Below are positions 38,622 to 46,822 of a DNA stretch of 64,000 nt, piece by piece. This DNA comes from an uncultured Candidatus Saccharibacteria bacterium. GTDB lineage: Bacteria > Patescibacteriota > Minisyncoccia > Sungbacterales > HO2-52-23. Both the position numbers and the translations under genes were made by a program. The stretch spans positions 54,983-118,982 of the forward strand of contig CAYPPK010000001.1 in NCBI GenBank assembly GCA_964412615.1, given 5' to 3'. Positions within the stretch are counted from its first letter, which is position 1, and every line of letters begins with the position of its first letter. The notes beneath the pieces are model-generated. The model did no database searches. It saw only the letters and a list, made by a program, of their open reading frames with translations, and was not told the DNA's origin.

Positions 38622-38784
38622 ATAATTTATCAAGAGTGCGGGCGCTCCGACACGAGGTTGGAGCGGAGGAACTGGCCTCTCAATCCGCCGACAACTTGCC
38701 ATCGATATTAATGGTAAAGTGCCAAATCCAGCCTTGTCCGCCGGAGCTTTAGCGAATGGCGGGCCGCAAGGAGAGATAAGTGTT
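38622..38784 (+). ncRNA. SAM-I (S-box) riboswitch with extra inserted hairpins
   Basis: TTATCAAGAG...GGAGGAACTGGCCTC...CAAC...GTGCCAAATCC...AGATAAG core directly upstream of metK. Confidence 0.88.
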
Positions 38785-38818
38785 GTCGCCTCTTCTTGCC
38801 GAAGGCGATTATTTTTTT
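38785..38818 (+). terminator. Riboswitch expression-platform terminator
   Basis: GTCGCC...GGCGAT followed by TATTTTTTT, just before metK. Confidence 0.7.
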
Positions 38819-38830
38819 AACTTTAAAATT

Positions 38831-39892
38831 ATGAGATCTACTTATACCGTAGAAAGTGTTACTGCTTCTCATCCGGATAAAATGTGCGATCAAATATCAG
38901 ATGCCATCCTGGATGCTTATCTTGCTCAAGATCCGCAAGCGCGGGTGGCCATGGAAACCTTTGGCGCGCATGACCTTTTGGTAATTGGAGGTGAGGTAAC
39001 TGCTAAAGCCCGAGTTGACGCGGCCGAAATCGCGCGCAAAATTTATCATAATGAAATCGGCTACCAAGAGCCGCTTTCCATAGTAACCAATATCATTCAG
39101 CAATCCCCGGACATCGCCCAAGGGGTAGACACCGGCGGAGCAGGAGACCAAGGTATAATGTACGGTTATGCTACTAATGAGACCCTTGAACTTCTGCCCA
39201 GAGGAGTAGTGTTTGCGCATCGTCTGGCCAAAAAACTGGAAGAGCTTGGGCAAGGCGATCCTGAATGCGCTTGGCTGCGTCCGCAAGGAAAGGCCCACGC
39301 TAAAACCCAGGTTACTATGCGGAACGGAAATGTTGTTTCTGCATTAGTTTCCTGCCAGCATTCCGAGGAAATATCGCAATCGGAAATTCGGGCTGCGCTG
39401 GTTAAAAAATTGTTCCAACCGGTTTTGGAAGACACTAAGGATGTGGAAATTTTGGTAAATCCTACCGGGAAATTTGTAGTTGGCGGTTTTGTGGCCGACA
39501 CTGGCCTGACCGGCAGGAAAATAATGGTTGATACTTACGGAGGGTTGATTCCCCATGGCGGCGGCGCATTTTCAGGCAAAGATCCCACCAAAGTTGACCG
39601 CTCGGCCGCTTATATGGCCAGATTCGCGGCCAAAAACCTGGTGGCCAACAATTTTGCCAAAGAATGTTTGGTTTCCGTGGCTTATGCCATTGGCAGAGCA
39701 GAGCCTTTAATGATCCATGCCGAAACCGAAGACGGCCGGGATTTAGGCCCTTTGGTAAGCAAGAAATTTGATTTCCGGCCGCGGGCGATTATTGAGCGCC
39801 TGAATCTGCGTCGGCCCATATATCAAGCAACTGCCTCATACGGACATTTCGGCAAAGCAGGCCTGCCCTGGGAAGAAGTCGTATCTATATAG
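38831..39892 (+). CDS. metK: S-adenosylmethionine synthetase
   Basis: ESVTASHPDK, GAGDQG, GGGAFSGKD, KVDRSAAY, YGHFG; start at ATG 38831. Confidence 0.97.
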   Translation: MRSTYTVESVTASHPDKMCDQISDAILDAYLAQDPQARVAMETFGAHDLLVIGGEVTAKARVDAAEIARKIYHNEIGYQEPLSIVTNIIQQSPDIAQGVDTGGAGDQGIMYGYATNETLELLPRGVVFAHRLAKKLEELGQGDPECAWLRPQGKAHAKTQVTMRNGNVVSALVSCQHSEEISQSEIRAALVKKLFQPVLEDTKDVEILVNPTGKFVVGGFVADTGLTGRKIMVDTYGGLIPHGGGAFSGKDPTKVDRSAAYMARFAAKNLVANNFAKECLVSVAYAIGRAEPLMIHAETEDGRDLGPLVSKKFDFRPRAIIERLNLRRPIYQATASYGHFGKAGLPWEEVVSI

Positions 39893-39896
39893 TAGA

Positions 39897-39939
39897 TGTG
39901 GATAAGGCGGATTGAATTTTGCGCCTAATTAGGGATAAT
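39897..39939 (+). promoter_or_regulatory. DnaA box plus promoter
   Basis: TGTGGATAA-N28-GATAAT with TTGAAT in between. Confidence 0.5.
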
Positions 39940-39963
39940 GAAGTATATTCTAAGATAGCCATT

Positions 39964-40788
39964 ATGAAAAAAATCGTATCACTGGTAGCGAGCTTTGTTT
40001 TGTTTGTGCAATTAATGCCTTTGGCAGTTATGGCATCGGTACAGGATGACTTGCGGGAAAGAAGGGAAACAGCCAAACAAGAAGTGGAATTGCGGCGGGA
40101 ACAATTTCTACAGGAAGTAGAAAATAAGCGTGATGGTTTTCGTTCCGAGACCGAAAGAAAAAAAGAAGAAGCAAGAAAGTTGCTGGAAACAAAAAAAGAA
40201 GAGCAGGAAGCGCTCCGGCAAAAAATTAAGGAGGAAATTAAAGAGCGGCAGGAAGAAGTAAAACAGAAACGAGAAGTTGCCAAAGAAAAAATAAAGGAGT
40301 TGCGCCAGCAGTTTGAGGACGAGAAGCGAAAAAGGAAAGAGGAGCTTAAGAAAAAATTAGGGCAGGAGCGGGCCGAAAGAGTGGAAGATTTTTTTGCGCA
40401 AATGGTTCGGAAATTTGAAGCCGCCATTGAACGGCTTGATAACTTCGCGGATAGGATAGAAGAGCATATTGCCAAGGCGGAAGAGAAAGGAATAGACACC
40501 AATAACGCAAAAAGTCAACTTTTAACGGCCCGGGAAAAAATAGTAGAAGCGGAAAGGGCCCTGGAAGATGCGAAGACAAAGTACCATGAGGCTGTTCAAA
40601 ACCCGGATCTTAAAAAGGCCTTTGAAAAAGTGAGAGAACTGGTGAAGCAAGTTTCCGAGAAAGTAAGAGAAGCGCACAAAACCCTGGCCGAATCAGTTGC
40701 GGCACTGAAAGGATCAGTCAATGGAGAAGATGACGAAGAAAGTGAAACCGAATCGGAATCAGCAACCAGCAGCCAAACTAATCAATAA
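39964..40788 (+). CDS. Secreted long coiled-coil protein
   Basis: Signal peptide MKKIVSLVASFVLFVQLMPLAVMA followed by E/K/R-rich heptads. Confidence 0.8.
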   Translation: MKKIVSLVASFVLFVQLMPLAVMASVQDDLRERRETAKQEVELRREQFLQEVENKRDGFRSETERKKEEARKLLETKKEEQEALRQKIKEEIKERQEEVKQKREVAKEKIKELRQQFEDEKRKRKEELKKKLGQERAERVEDFFAQMVRKFEAAIERLDNFADRIEEHIAKAEEKGIDTNNAKSQLLTAREKIVEAERALEDAKTKYHEAVQNPDLKKAFEKVRELVKQVSEKVREAHKTLAESVAALKGSVNGEDDEESETESESATSSQTNQ

Positions 40789-40808
40789 ATTTAAACTAAT
40801 ATTCTTTT

Positions 40809-41228
40809 ATGGAAGAATATCAATTTCAGCCACCTCCTCAACCAACTCTTTCTAACCCGGAATCTTCAACTCAAATGCCGTCTCAGCCGCAGCCGGCCCC
40901 GGTGCGGACGCCGGAATTGCCGCCGCAAACGCCACCGGCAGTCCCCAAGCCGGAACCTCAACCCAATTTATCTAAAGAATATCCATTGCTGCTTGAGCCC
41001 CAAAAACGAAATAAAGTTTTGTGGATTCTATCGGGAATCATGGCGCTGGCGGTATTATTTGTAGCATTTGTAATCTACTATGGCTCTTTGCCCGAACCGG
41101 GTGATACCGGGGCTCAAGCGGGGACTCCGGAAGCAATTACTAATCTTGAAGCAGAATTGCAGGCGGTGGACTTGCAGGACTTGGGCACGGAGCTGGAAGA
41201 CATAGAAAAAGAACTGCAAGGATTATAA
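40809..41228 (+). CDS. Pro-rich single-TM hypothetical protein
   Basis: Pro/Gln-rich N-terminus, TM helix, acidic C-terminal helix. Confidence 0.75.
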   Translation: MEEYQFQPPPQPTLSNPESSTQMPSQPQPAPVRTPELPPQTPPAVPKPEPQPNLSKEYPLLLEPQKRNKVLWILSGIMALAVLFVAFVIYYGSLPEPGDTGAQAGTPEAITNLEAELQAVDLQDLGTELEDIEKELQGL

Positions 41229-41272
41229 AAAACAAAATCAGCCCGACTCTACCGGACTGATTTTGTTTTTAT
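41228..41272. terminator. Bidirectional terminator
   Basis: AAAAACAAAATCAG...CTGATTTTGTTTTT. Confidence 0.7.
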
Positions 41273-41326
41273 TTAAAAATCCGGTGTCAAATTGATTCTC
41301 CTGCGGTCATAAGATAAACTGAATTC

Positions 41327-41689
41327 ATGCTGTTTAAGAATGACAAATATATTTGGACTCATCATTCTCGCGATAAAATGCGTTATTACCGATTGACCGA
41401 AGCAAGAGTAAAAAGAATTATTCGGCATCCGGCCAGGATAGAGGAGGGAATCTTGGAGGAAGGGATCGCCTGCATGCAGCCCGCCCATGGCAGTGGGCGA
41501 GGCTTACCCATTTCTGCTGGGCGGCCGGCTAAGAATTACTCCGAGATCTGGGTCATGTATGTGCTGGCCAATACCAATGATAAAAGTAAAAAGATAAAAG
41601 TTATAACCGCTTGGCGCTATCCCGGTAAAAGCCCGGAGCGAGATCCAATACCGGTAGAAGTTTTAAAAGAAATAAAAAAATTGATATGA
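41327..41689 (+). CDS. Hypothetical protein, DUF4258/RelE-like pattern
   Basis: WTHHSRDKM...IKVITAW resembles the DUF4258 H-x3-[RK]M ... VIT pattern; contains a palindromic insert. Confidence 0.55.
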   Translation: MLFKNDKYIWTHHSRDKMRYYRLTEARVKRIIRHPARIEEGILEEGIACMQPAHGSGRGLPISAGRPAKNYSEIWVMYVLANTNDKSKKIKVITAWRYPGKSPERDPIPVEVLKEIKKLI

Positions 41690-42351
41690 ATCAACTCATC
41701 AAAGTTTCGCCATCCGGCATCAGTTACTTATTGGAATGCCCCCGCTGTCTTTGGCTGCATTTTAACGAAAGCGTAAAACGCCCGCGGGGCGCTTATCCCT
41801 CGCTGCCGGACGGCATGGACAATGTTTTCAAAAAATATTTTGACGAATATCGGGGCAAAGAGGAGCTTCCGCCTGAGATTGCAGGGAGAATCACCGGAAA
41901 ACTTTATACTGATCTTAAGCAACTTCACCAATGGAGGGAATTTAATTTCGGCAGGGGAGGAATACGCGCCGAATTTCCGGAGATGAATATGATGGTATCG
42001 GGCGCCATAGATGAATTAATGATTGCGCCGGACGGCAAATTTATTCCTTTTGATTTCAAAACCAGGGGCTATCCCACCAAAGAAGACACGCATGAGCATT
42101 ATCGCCATCAGCTTGATCTCTATGCTTTGCTTTTTGAGAAAAACGGCCACCAGCCGGCAGAACACGGTTACTTGCTTTTTTTCTGGCCCGAAACCTACGG
42201 CTTGGGGCAGGCATCGTTTAAAACCAACTTGGTTAAAATGGATGTTTCTCCCAGCCGCGGCTATGGGGTTTTGCAGAAAGCGCATCAAATTATCACAGGT
42301 CCTCAACCGGATGTTCATGCGGATTGCGAATACTGCGCTTACAGGGGCTAA
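41686..42351 (+). CDS. PD-(D/E)XK nuclease superfamily protein (RecB-like)
   Basis: SPSG..CPRC, GAIDEL, PFDFKT, QLDLY, C-terminal CEYC; ATGA-coupled to the upstream gene. Confidence 0.85.
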   Translation: MNQLIKVSPSGISYLLECPRCLWLHFNESVKRPRGAYPSLPDGMDNVFKKYFDEYRGKEELPPEIAGRITGKLYTDLKQLHQWREFNFGRGGIRAEFPEMNMMVSGAIDELMIAPDGKFIPFDFKTRGYPTKEDTHEHYRHQLDLYALLFEKNGHQPAEHGYLLFFWPETYGLGQASFKTNLVKMDVSPSRGYGVLQKAHQIITGPQPDVHADCEYCAYRG

Positions 42352-42435
42352 ACATCACAAAGTGATGTCGCCCGATCTTTGCCGGTGCAGCAAAGATTTA
42401 GGGAAGTTAAAAGGCGGCTGGTTAGCCGCTATTCT

Positions 42436-42735
42436 CTATATAAATATAAACCCCTTAAGATTATTGCCTAGTAGCCAAAGAAGGGTGCTTCCCCGGGCTC
42501 TTGTTTCAACATCATCGGTATATTCTCCGGACTTGGTTTTTCGGGGAATAATTTTTTTTCGCACCAAAATCAAATCTTTTCTGATACCATCTTCCGTATG
42601 GCCGTTTTTTAAGGCAGATTCTAGCACTTCCTTTACTTTTTCGTAAAAACTCGGATTGTTTCCTTTTTCAAGATTGGCAGCAATAAGGATATCACAAGCG
42701 TAAATTTGAAGCTGAATTTCTTCCGGGGTACGCAT
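42436..42735 (-). CDS. Hypothetical protein
   Basis: 99-aa ORF filling the gap; AGGA upstream of the start. Confidence 0.5.
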   Translation of the reverse strand: MRTPEEIQLQIYACDILIAANLEKGNNPSFYEKVKEVLESALKNGHTEDGIRKDLILVRKKIIPRKTKSGEYTDDVETRARGSTLLWLLGNNLKGFIFI

Positions 42736-42806
42736 TTTTATGTCCTTTTGACGGGTCTAGTTACTTATGGTATTTTTATTTGGTAAAAAGTCAACCCTGC
42801 ATCAGT

Positions 42807-43541
42807 ATGCCGGTACTTGAAGTTAAAAATTTGGTGAAGATTTATAAGGACTTGGAAGCAGTCCGGGATATTTCTTTTGCGGTGGAAGAAGGAGAAATAG
42901 TGGGGCTTCTGGGGCCCAATGGCGCGGGGAAAACCACTACCATTAACATGATCCTGGGGCTGCTTACACCAACTTCCGGATCAATCAAAGCCTTCGGAAA
43001 AGATTTTGGGAAAAATCGGGAAGAAATTTTAGGGAAAGCGAACTTTGCCGCGGTTTATGCCCAACTGCCAGGCAATCTTTCCGTCTGGCAGAATCTTTTT
43101 ATTTTTGCTTTGCTTTATGGCGTACCTAGTCCAAGCGCGAAGGTGCAACAATTACTTGAAGAATTTGACCTGCAACAATTTTCCCATTCCCGCAGCGGTT
43201 TTCTTTCTTCCGGCGAACAGTCCCGGCTTAATTTAGCCAAAGCCTTGCTGAATAATCCCAAACTTTTGCTTTTAGACGAGCCTACTGCTTCCATTGATCC
43301 TAGCAACGCGCAAATTTTGCGGCAAAAAATCAAACAATATGCAAAGCAATTTAAGGCCGGAATTCTTTGGACCTCGCATAATATGAATGAAATTGACGAA
43401 GTATGCGACCGCGTCTTATTTATCTCCCACGGAAAAATCTTGCTGGGGGGCAACCCGCGTGATCTTCCCGGACAATACGGCAAGAAAAATCTGGAGGAGC
43501 TTTTCATCGCGGTAGCCAGAGAACCCTTATCTTTGCAGTAG
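42807..43541 (+). CDS. ABC-2 type exporter ATPase
   Basis: GPNGAGKT, LSSGEQ, LLDEPT, SH. Confidence 0.92.
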   Translation: MPVLEVKNLVKIYKDLEAVRDISFAVEEGEIVGLLGPNGAGKTTTINMILGLLTPTSGSIKAFGKDFGKNREEILGKANFAAVYAQLPGNLSVWQNLFIFALLYGVPSPSAKVQQLLEEFDLQQFSHSRSGFLSSGEQSRLNLAKALLNNPKLLLLDEPTASIDPSNAQILRQKIKQYAKQFKAGILWTSHNMNEIDEVCDRVLFISHGKILLGGNPRDLPGQYGKKNLEELFIAVAREPLSLQ

Positions 43542-43543
43542 TA

Positions 43544-43679
43544 TGAATCCCACACATAACTTTCGCTGTGCTTTGCACCAGGAAAAGCCAGTGTGGGAAG
43601 GATAATAAATTTACCAAACCTTTCGTGATTTCTTGGAAAATTAAACCAGGTGGATTGCGAAAGTTATGTGTGGGATGAA
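43544..43679. mobile_element. Miniature TIR element, copy B (element 43548-43675)
   Basis: TGAA-TCCCACACATAACTTTCGC...GCGAAAGTTATGTGTGGGA-TGAA; inserted between the ABC ATPase and permease genes, on the permease ATG. Confidence 0.88.
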
Positions 43680-44469
43680 TTTCAAACGTGCGTTCACAAT
43701 TTTTCTCCGTCAAATTTTCCTGCTCAAGAGGAGTTTTCACCGCCTGCTCGGAATTTTTTATTGGTCCATACTGGAACTCTTTTTATGGGGCTTTCTTACC
43801 GTGTATCTTAACCGGGTGGGCGAGAACCGCTTAAGTTTTATTACCGTGGTCATAGGCACGGTAATACTTTGGAACTTTTTGAATCGGATTCAGCAGGGAG
43901 TGGCCATATCTTTTCTCGAGGATGTGTGGGCCAGAAATTTCATGAATCTCTTTGCCTCTCCCCTGAACATTAAGGAATATGTGGGAGGATTGGTTCTGGT
44001 CAGTATCGTAAGCTCCACGGTATCTATTGCTGTCATGGCCCTAGCGGCTTGGCTGCTTTTTGCTTACAATCTTTTTCAATTTGGATTTCTGATGCTTCCC
44101 TTCATTGCCGTGCTCTTTTTATTCGGGCTGGCGCTTGGTTTTTACACTACGGCTATGATCTTACGCTTTGGCCCTTCTTCAGAAATTTTGGCCTGGTCCA
44201 TTCCGGCTCTTCTGCCTCCTTTCTCGGGAGTATTTTATCCTATCGCTACCCTGCCCGGCTGGATACAGCCCATCGCCAACCTCATTCCCATCTCTCATGT
44301 ATTTGAAGGCATGAGAACCATAGTAATTTCCGGCACTTTTGACCCCAACCGGCTTATTTTTGCCTCTTTGCTCGCGGCTTTCTTTTTAGTGGTTTCTTAT
44401 TGGCTGCTTTTGCGCACTTACCGTTTTGTGTTGCGTGAAGGACGGCTAACTCGCTTTCAGGTGGAATAA
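43675..44469 (+). CDS. ABC-2 type exporter permease
   Basis: Six TM helices; FSGVFYPIATLPGWIQ, PISHVFEGMR. Confidence 0.9.
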   Translation: MNFKRAFTIFLRQIFLLKRSFHRLLGIFYWSILELFLWGFLTVYLNRVGENRLSFITVVIGTVILWNFLNRIQQGVAISFLEDVWARNFMNLFASPLNIKEYVGGLVLVSIVSSTVSIAVMALAAWLLFAYNLFQFGFLMLPFIAVLFLFGLALGFYTTAMILRFGPSSEILAWSIPALLPPFSGVFYPIATLPGWIQPIANLIPISHVFEGMRTIVISGTFDPNRLIFASLLAAFFLVVSYWLLLRTYRFVLREGRLTRFQVE

Positions 44470-44477
44470 AACTCCAC

Positions 44478-44520
44478 TGTGGATAAAATCGCTTCTTAAG
44501 GTGAAGATTTCTATTATAAT
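44478..44520 (+). promoter_or_regulatory. DnaA box plus -10 element
   Basis: TGTGGATAA-N28-TATAAT. Confidence 0.55.
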
Positions 44521-44549
44521 GAATGGCATTACTATTAATGTCTTTATTT

Positions 44550-44804
44550 ATGCCTGAAGAAAAGAAAGATATAGCTAAATGGGTTATAGTTTTTATCTCC
44601 TTGGCTGTCGGTTTGGGCGGCGGGTATTATTTTGGTCTTAATCGCGGGGTGGCTAAAGAAAAAGCAGCGGAAGAAGCAAGAAAACTTGAGGCAGAAAAAG
44701 CAGCGGCCAAAGCCGTGAATCCTTTTGAGCAGGTTTCCAGCAATCCTTTTGAAAAAGCCCCAGTAAATCCGTTTGAAAATGTTAAGACGAATCCGTTTGA
44801 ATAA
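44550..44804 (+). CDS. Small membrane-anchored protein with four C-terminal NPFE repeats
   Basis: TM helix, short coiled coil, then VNPFEQVSSNPFEKAPVNPFENVKTNPFE. Confidence 0.75.
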   Translation: MPEEKKDIAKWVIVFISLAVGLGGGYYFGLNRGVAKEKAAEEARKLEAEKAAAKAVNPFEQVSSNPFEKAPVNPFENVKTNPFE

Positions 44805-44808
44805 CTTT

Positions 44809-46761
44809 ATGCAGAAAAAAAATCTCATATTTGCTTCTGCTATTTTTGCATTAGCGCTAAGCTACTCCGCGTTCATCTATGCGCAGGAGTTCACTTATCC
44901 TGTTCCGGAGCTTGGGAACTGCGAATCGCAGGAAGCATGTAAGGCATATTGCGACGATTCTAGCCACCTTGACGAATGCGTACAATTTGGAGAGAAGCAT
45001 AACCTTCTGGATAAAGAAGAGTTAAAAAAAGCCAAAGAGTTTGAGGGGCAGACCGGCCCCGGCGGATGCCAAGGCGCCAACGAGTGCCGCGCTTATTGCG
45101 AGGACTCCAGCCATCAAAATGAATGTCTTGAGTTTGGCCAACGCAAGGGATTAATCTCCGATCAAAACGCTGAAGTCACTCGGCGCGTGCGCCAGGAAGG
45201 CGGTCCGGGAGGATGCAAAGACGAAAAAGAATGCCGTGCCTATTGCGAAGATCCGGCCAATCTTGATCAATGCTTTGCGTTTGCCGAGACCAATGGATTG
45301 ATTTCCGGAGAAGAAGCCAGCCGCCTTAAAAAAATGGCTTTAGTTTCCGGCCCCGGCGGCTGCAGGGGAAATGAATGCCGAACTTATTGCGAGGATCCCG
45401 GCCACCAACAGGAATGCATTGCGTTTGCGGAGGAAAACGGATTGATGTCTAAAGAAGAGGCGGAGCGGGCCAAAAAATTTGCCGGGAAAACCGGTCCGGG
45501 AGGATGCCGGGGAGAAGAATGCCGCACTTTTTGCGAAAATCCGGAAAGTGCGGGAGGCTGTCTGGATTTTGCGGCCAAAGAAGGATTGATGCCTCCGCAA
45601 GAATTGGAAAGAGCCCGGAAATTTATAAAAGTGTCGCAAGAAGGAGGTCCGGGGGGATGCAAAGGAGGGCAATGCCGGGAATTTTGCGCGGATCCTGCCA
45701 ATCAAAACCAATGTTTTGAGTTTGCCAAAAAGCAGGGGCTCATTAACCCCGCAGAGGAAAAACAGTTTGAGGCGGGAATGAAAATAAGGGAAAAATTGGA
45801 AACGACCGGCGGTCCGGGAGGATGTAAAAATGAAAATGACTGCCGCGCGTATTGCGCCGATCCTGATCGCGTGGAAGAATGCGTGGCCTTTGGCGCTGCG
45901 CATGGCGGCATTCCCGAAACGGAAGCGCGTGAAATGCTGAAAAATTTTCAAGAAAAGCGTTTTGAATTGCGCCAGGAGTTTCGGCCGCCGGAAGATTTTG
46001 CCCGATTTAAAGAGGAGGCGGAAAGAAGGTTTGAGGAATTTAAGCAGCTGGAAATACAATTTCGCAATCGGCCGGAATTAATGGGTCCACCCGCGGGCGG
46101 AGAATTTCCCGCGGGCAGCGGAGCTGAAAGCGGGCAAGTCGGGCCCGGCGGATGTTCTTCAGCATCGGAGTGTATAAAATATTGTTCCGAGCATAAAGAA
46201 GAATGCTTTAGTTTCGGACCGGCAGGAAAACCAGACGTGCTGCCTCCGCAGGGGGGAATTCCTCCCGGACAAGATGGATCTGCCGGCAGATCGGATTTTC
46301 CGCAACTGCGCCAGGATGCCGTGCAATTACGTCCTAGATTAGAACCACGGCCGAAAGATTTAAAAATTGAGCCGCAGCTCAAGAAAGAATTGGAGCAGCG
46401 TTTTCCTGAAGAATTTGAAAGGCGTTCGCCAGAAAATTTTTCGCCTTCTCCCGAAAATATTCAGCCACCCCAGATGAGAACTTTTCCTGCTCCGCCGGAA
46501 GGATTCAAGCCGTCAGATTTACCGTCTGTTTCGCCAAGACCGGAATCATTTTCGCCCCCAGCTGATAATTTCTCGCGTCCGCCTGACAATTCTTTCCTGC
46601 CGCCACCGGTATCGGCACCTCTGCCCAGCGGTTCATTTGAGCAGCAATTCACTCCCGCACCGGACAGCACCGGAGGAGAACAAGCACCGCCGCCTCCGCC
46701 TCCCAGCAGCAGCTTAAATAGCGGTTTTCTGGCCAGTATTATCCATTTCTTTGTCTGGTAA
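44809..46761 (+). CDS. Secreted Cys-rich repeat protein (GPGGC repeats) with Pro-rich stalk and C-terminal hydrophobic tail
   Basis: Signal peptide; seven GPGGC-x-C-x3-C-x-C units plus one LGNC unit; tail GFLASIIHFFVW. Confidence 0.85.
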   Translation: MQKKNLIFASAIFALALSYSAFIYAQEFTYPVPELGNCESQEACKAYCDDSSHLDECVQFGEKHNLLDKEELKKAKEFEGQTGPGGCQGANECRAYCEDSSHQNECLEFGQRKGLISDQNAEVTRRVRQEGGPGGCKDEKECRAYCEDPANLDQCFAFAETNGLISGEEASRLKKMALVSGPGGCRGNECRTYCEDPGHQQECIAFAEENGLMSKEEAERAKKFAGKTGPGGCRGEECRTFCENPESAGGCLDFAAKEGLMPPQELERARKFIKVSQEGGPGGCKGGQCREFCADPANQNQCFEFAKKQGLINPAEEKQFEAGMKIREKLETTGGPGGCKNENDCRAYCADPDRVEECVAFGAAHGGIPETEAREMLKNFQEKRFELRQEFRPPEDFARFKEEAERRFEEFKQLEIQFRNRPELMGPPAGGEFPAGSGAESGQVGPGGCSSASECIKYCSEHKEECFSFGPAGKPDVLPPQGGIPPGQDGSAGRSDFPQLRQDAVQLRPRLEPRPKDLKIEPQLKKELEQRFPEEFERRSPENFSPSPENIQPPQMRTFPAPPEGFKPSDLPSVSPRPESFSPPADNFSRPPDNSFLPPPVSAPLPSGSFEQQFTPAPDSTGGEQAPPPPPPSSSLNSGFLASIIHFFVW

Positions 46762-46775
46762 TTAATTTTGACCGC

Positions 46776-46808
46776 AATCCGCCTCTTTCCGTAAAGGGGC
46801 GGATTTTG
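46776..46808 (+). terminator. Rho-independent terminator
   Basis: AATCCGCCTCTTT-CCGT-AAAGGGGCGGATTTT. Confidence 0.75.
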
Positions 46809-46822
46809 TATAATTTTTTTGT

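Noticed and set aside
39964-40788. Purine-rich low-complexity DNA as a tandem repeat
   Set aside because: Explained by Glu/Lys/Arg codons of a coiled coil.
41686-42351. Cas4 of a CRISPR system
   Set aside because: No cas1/cas2 or array nearby; kept as a generic PD-(D/E)XK nuclease.
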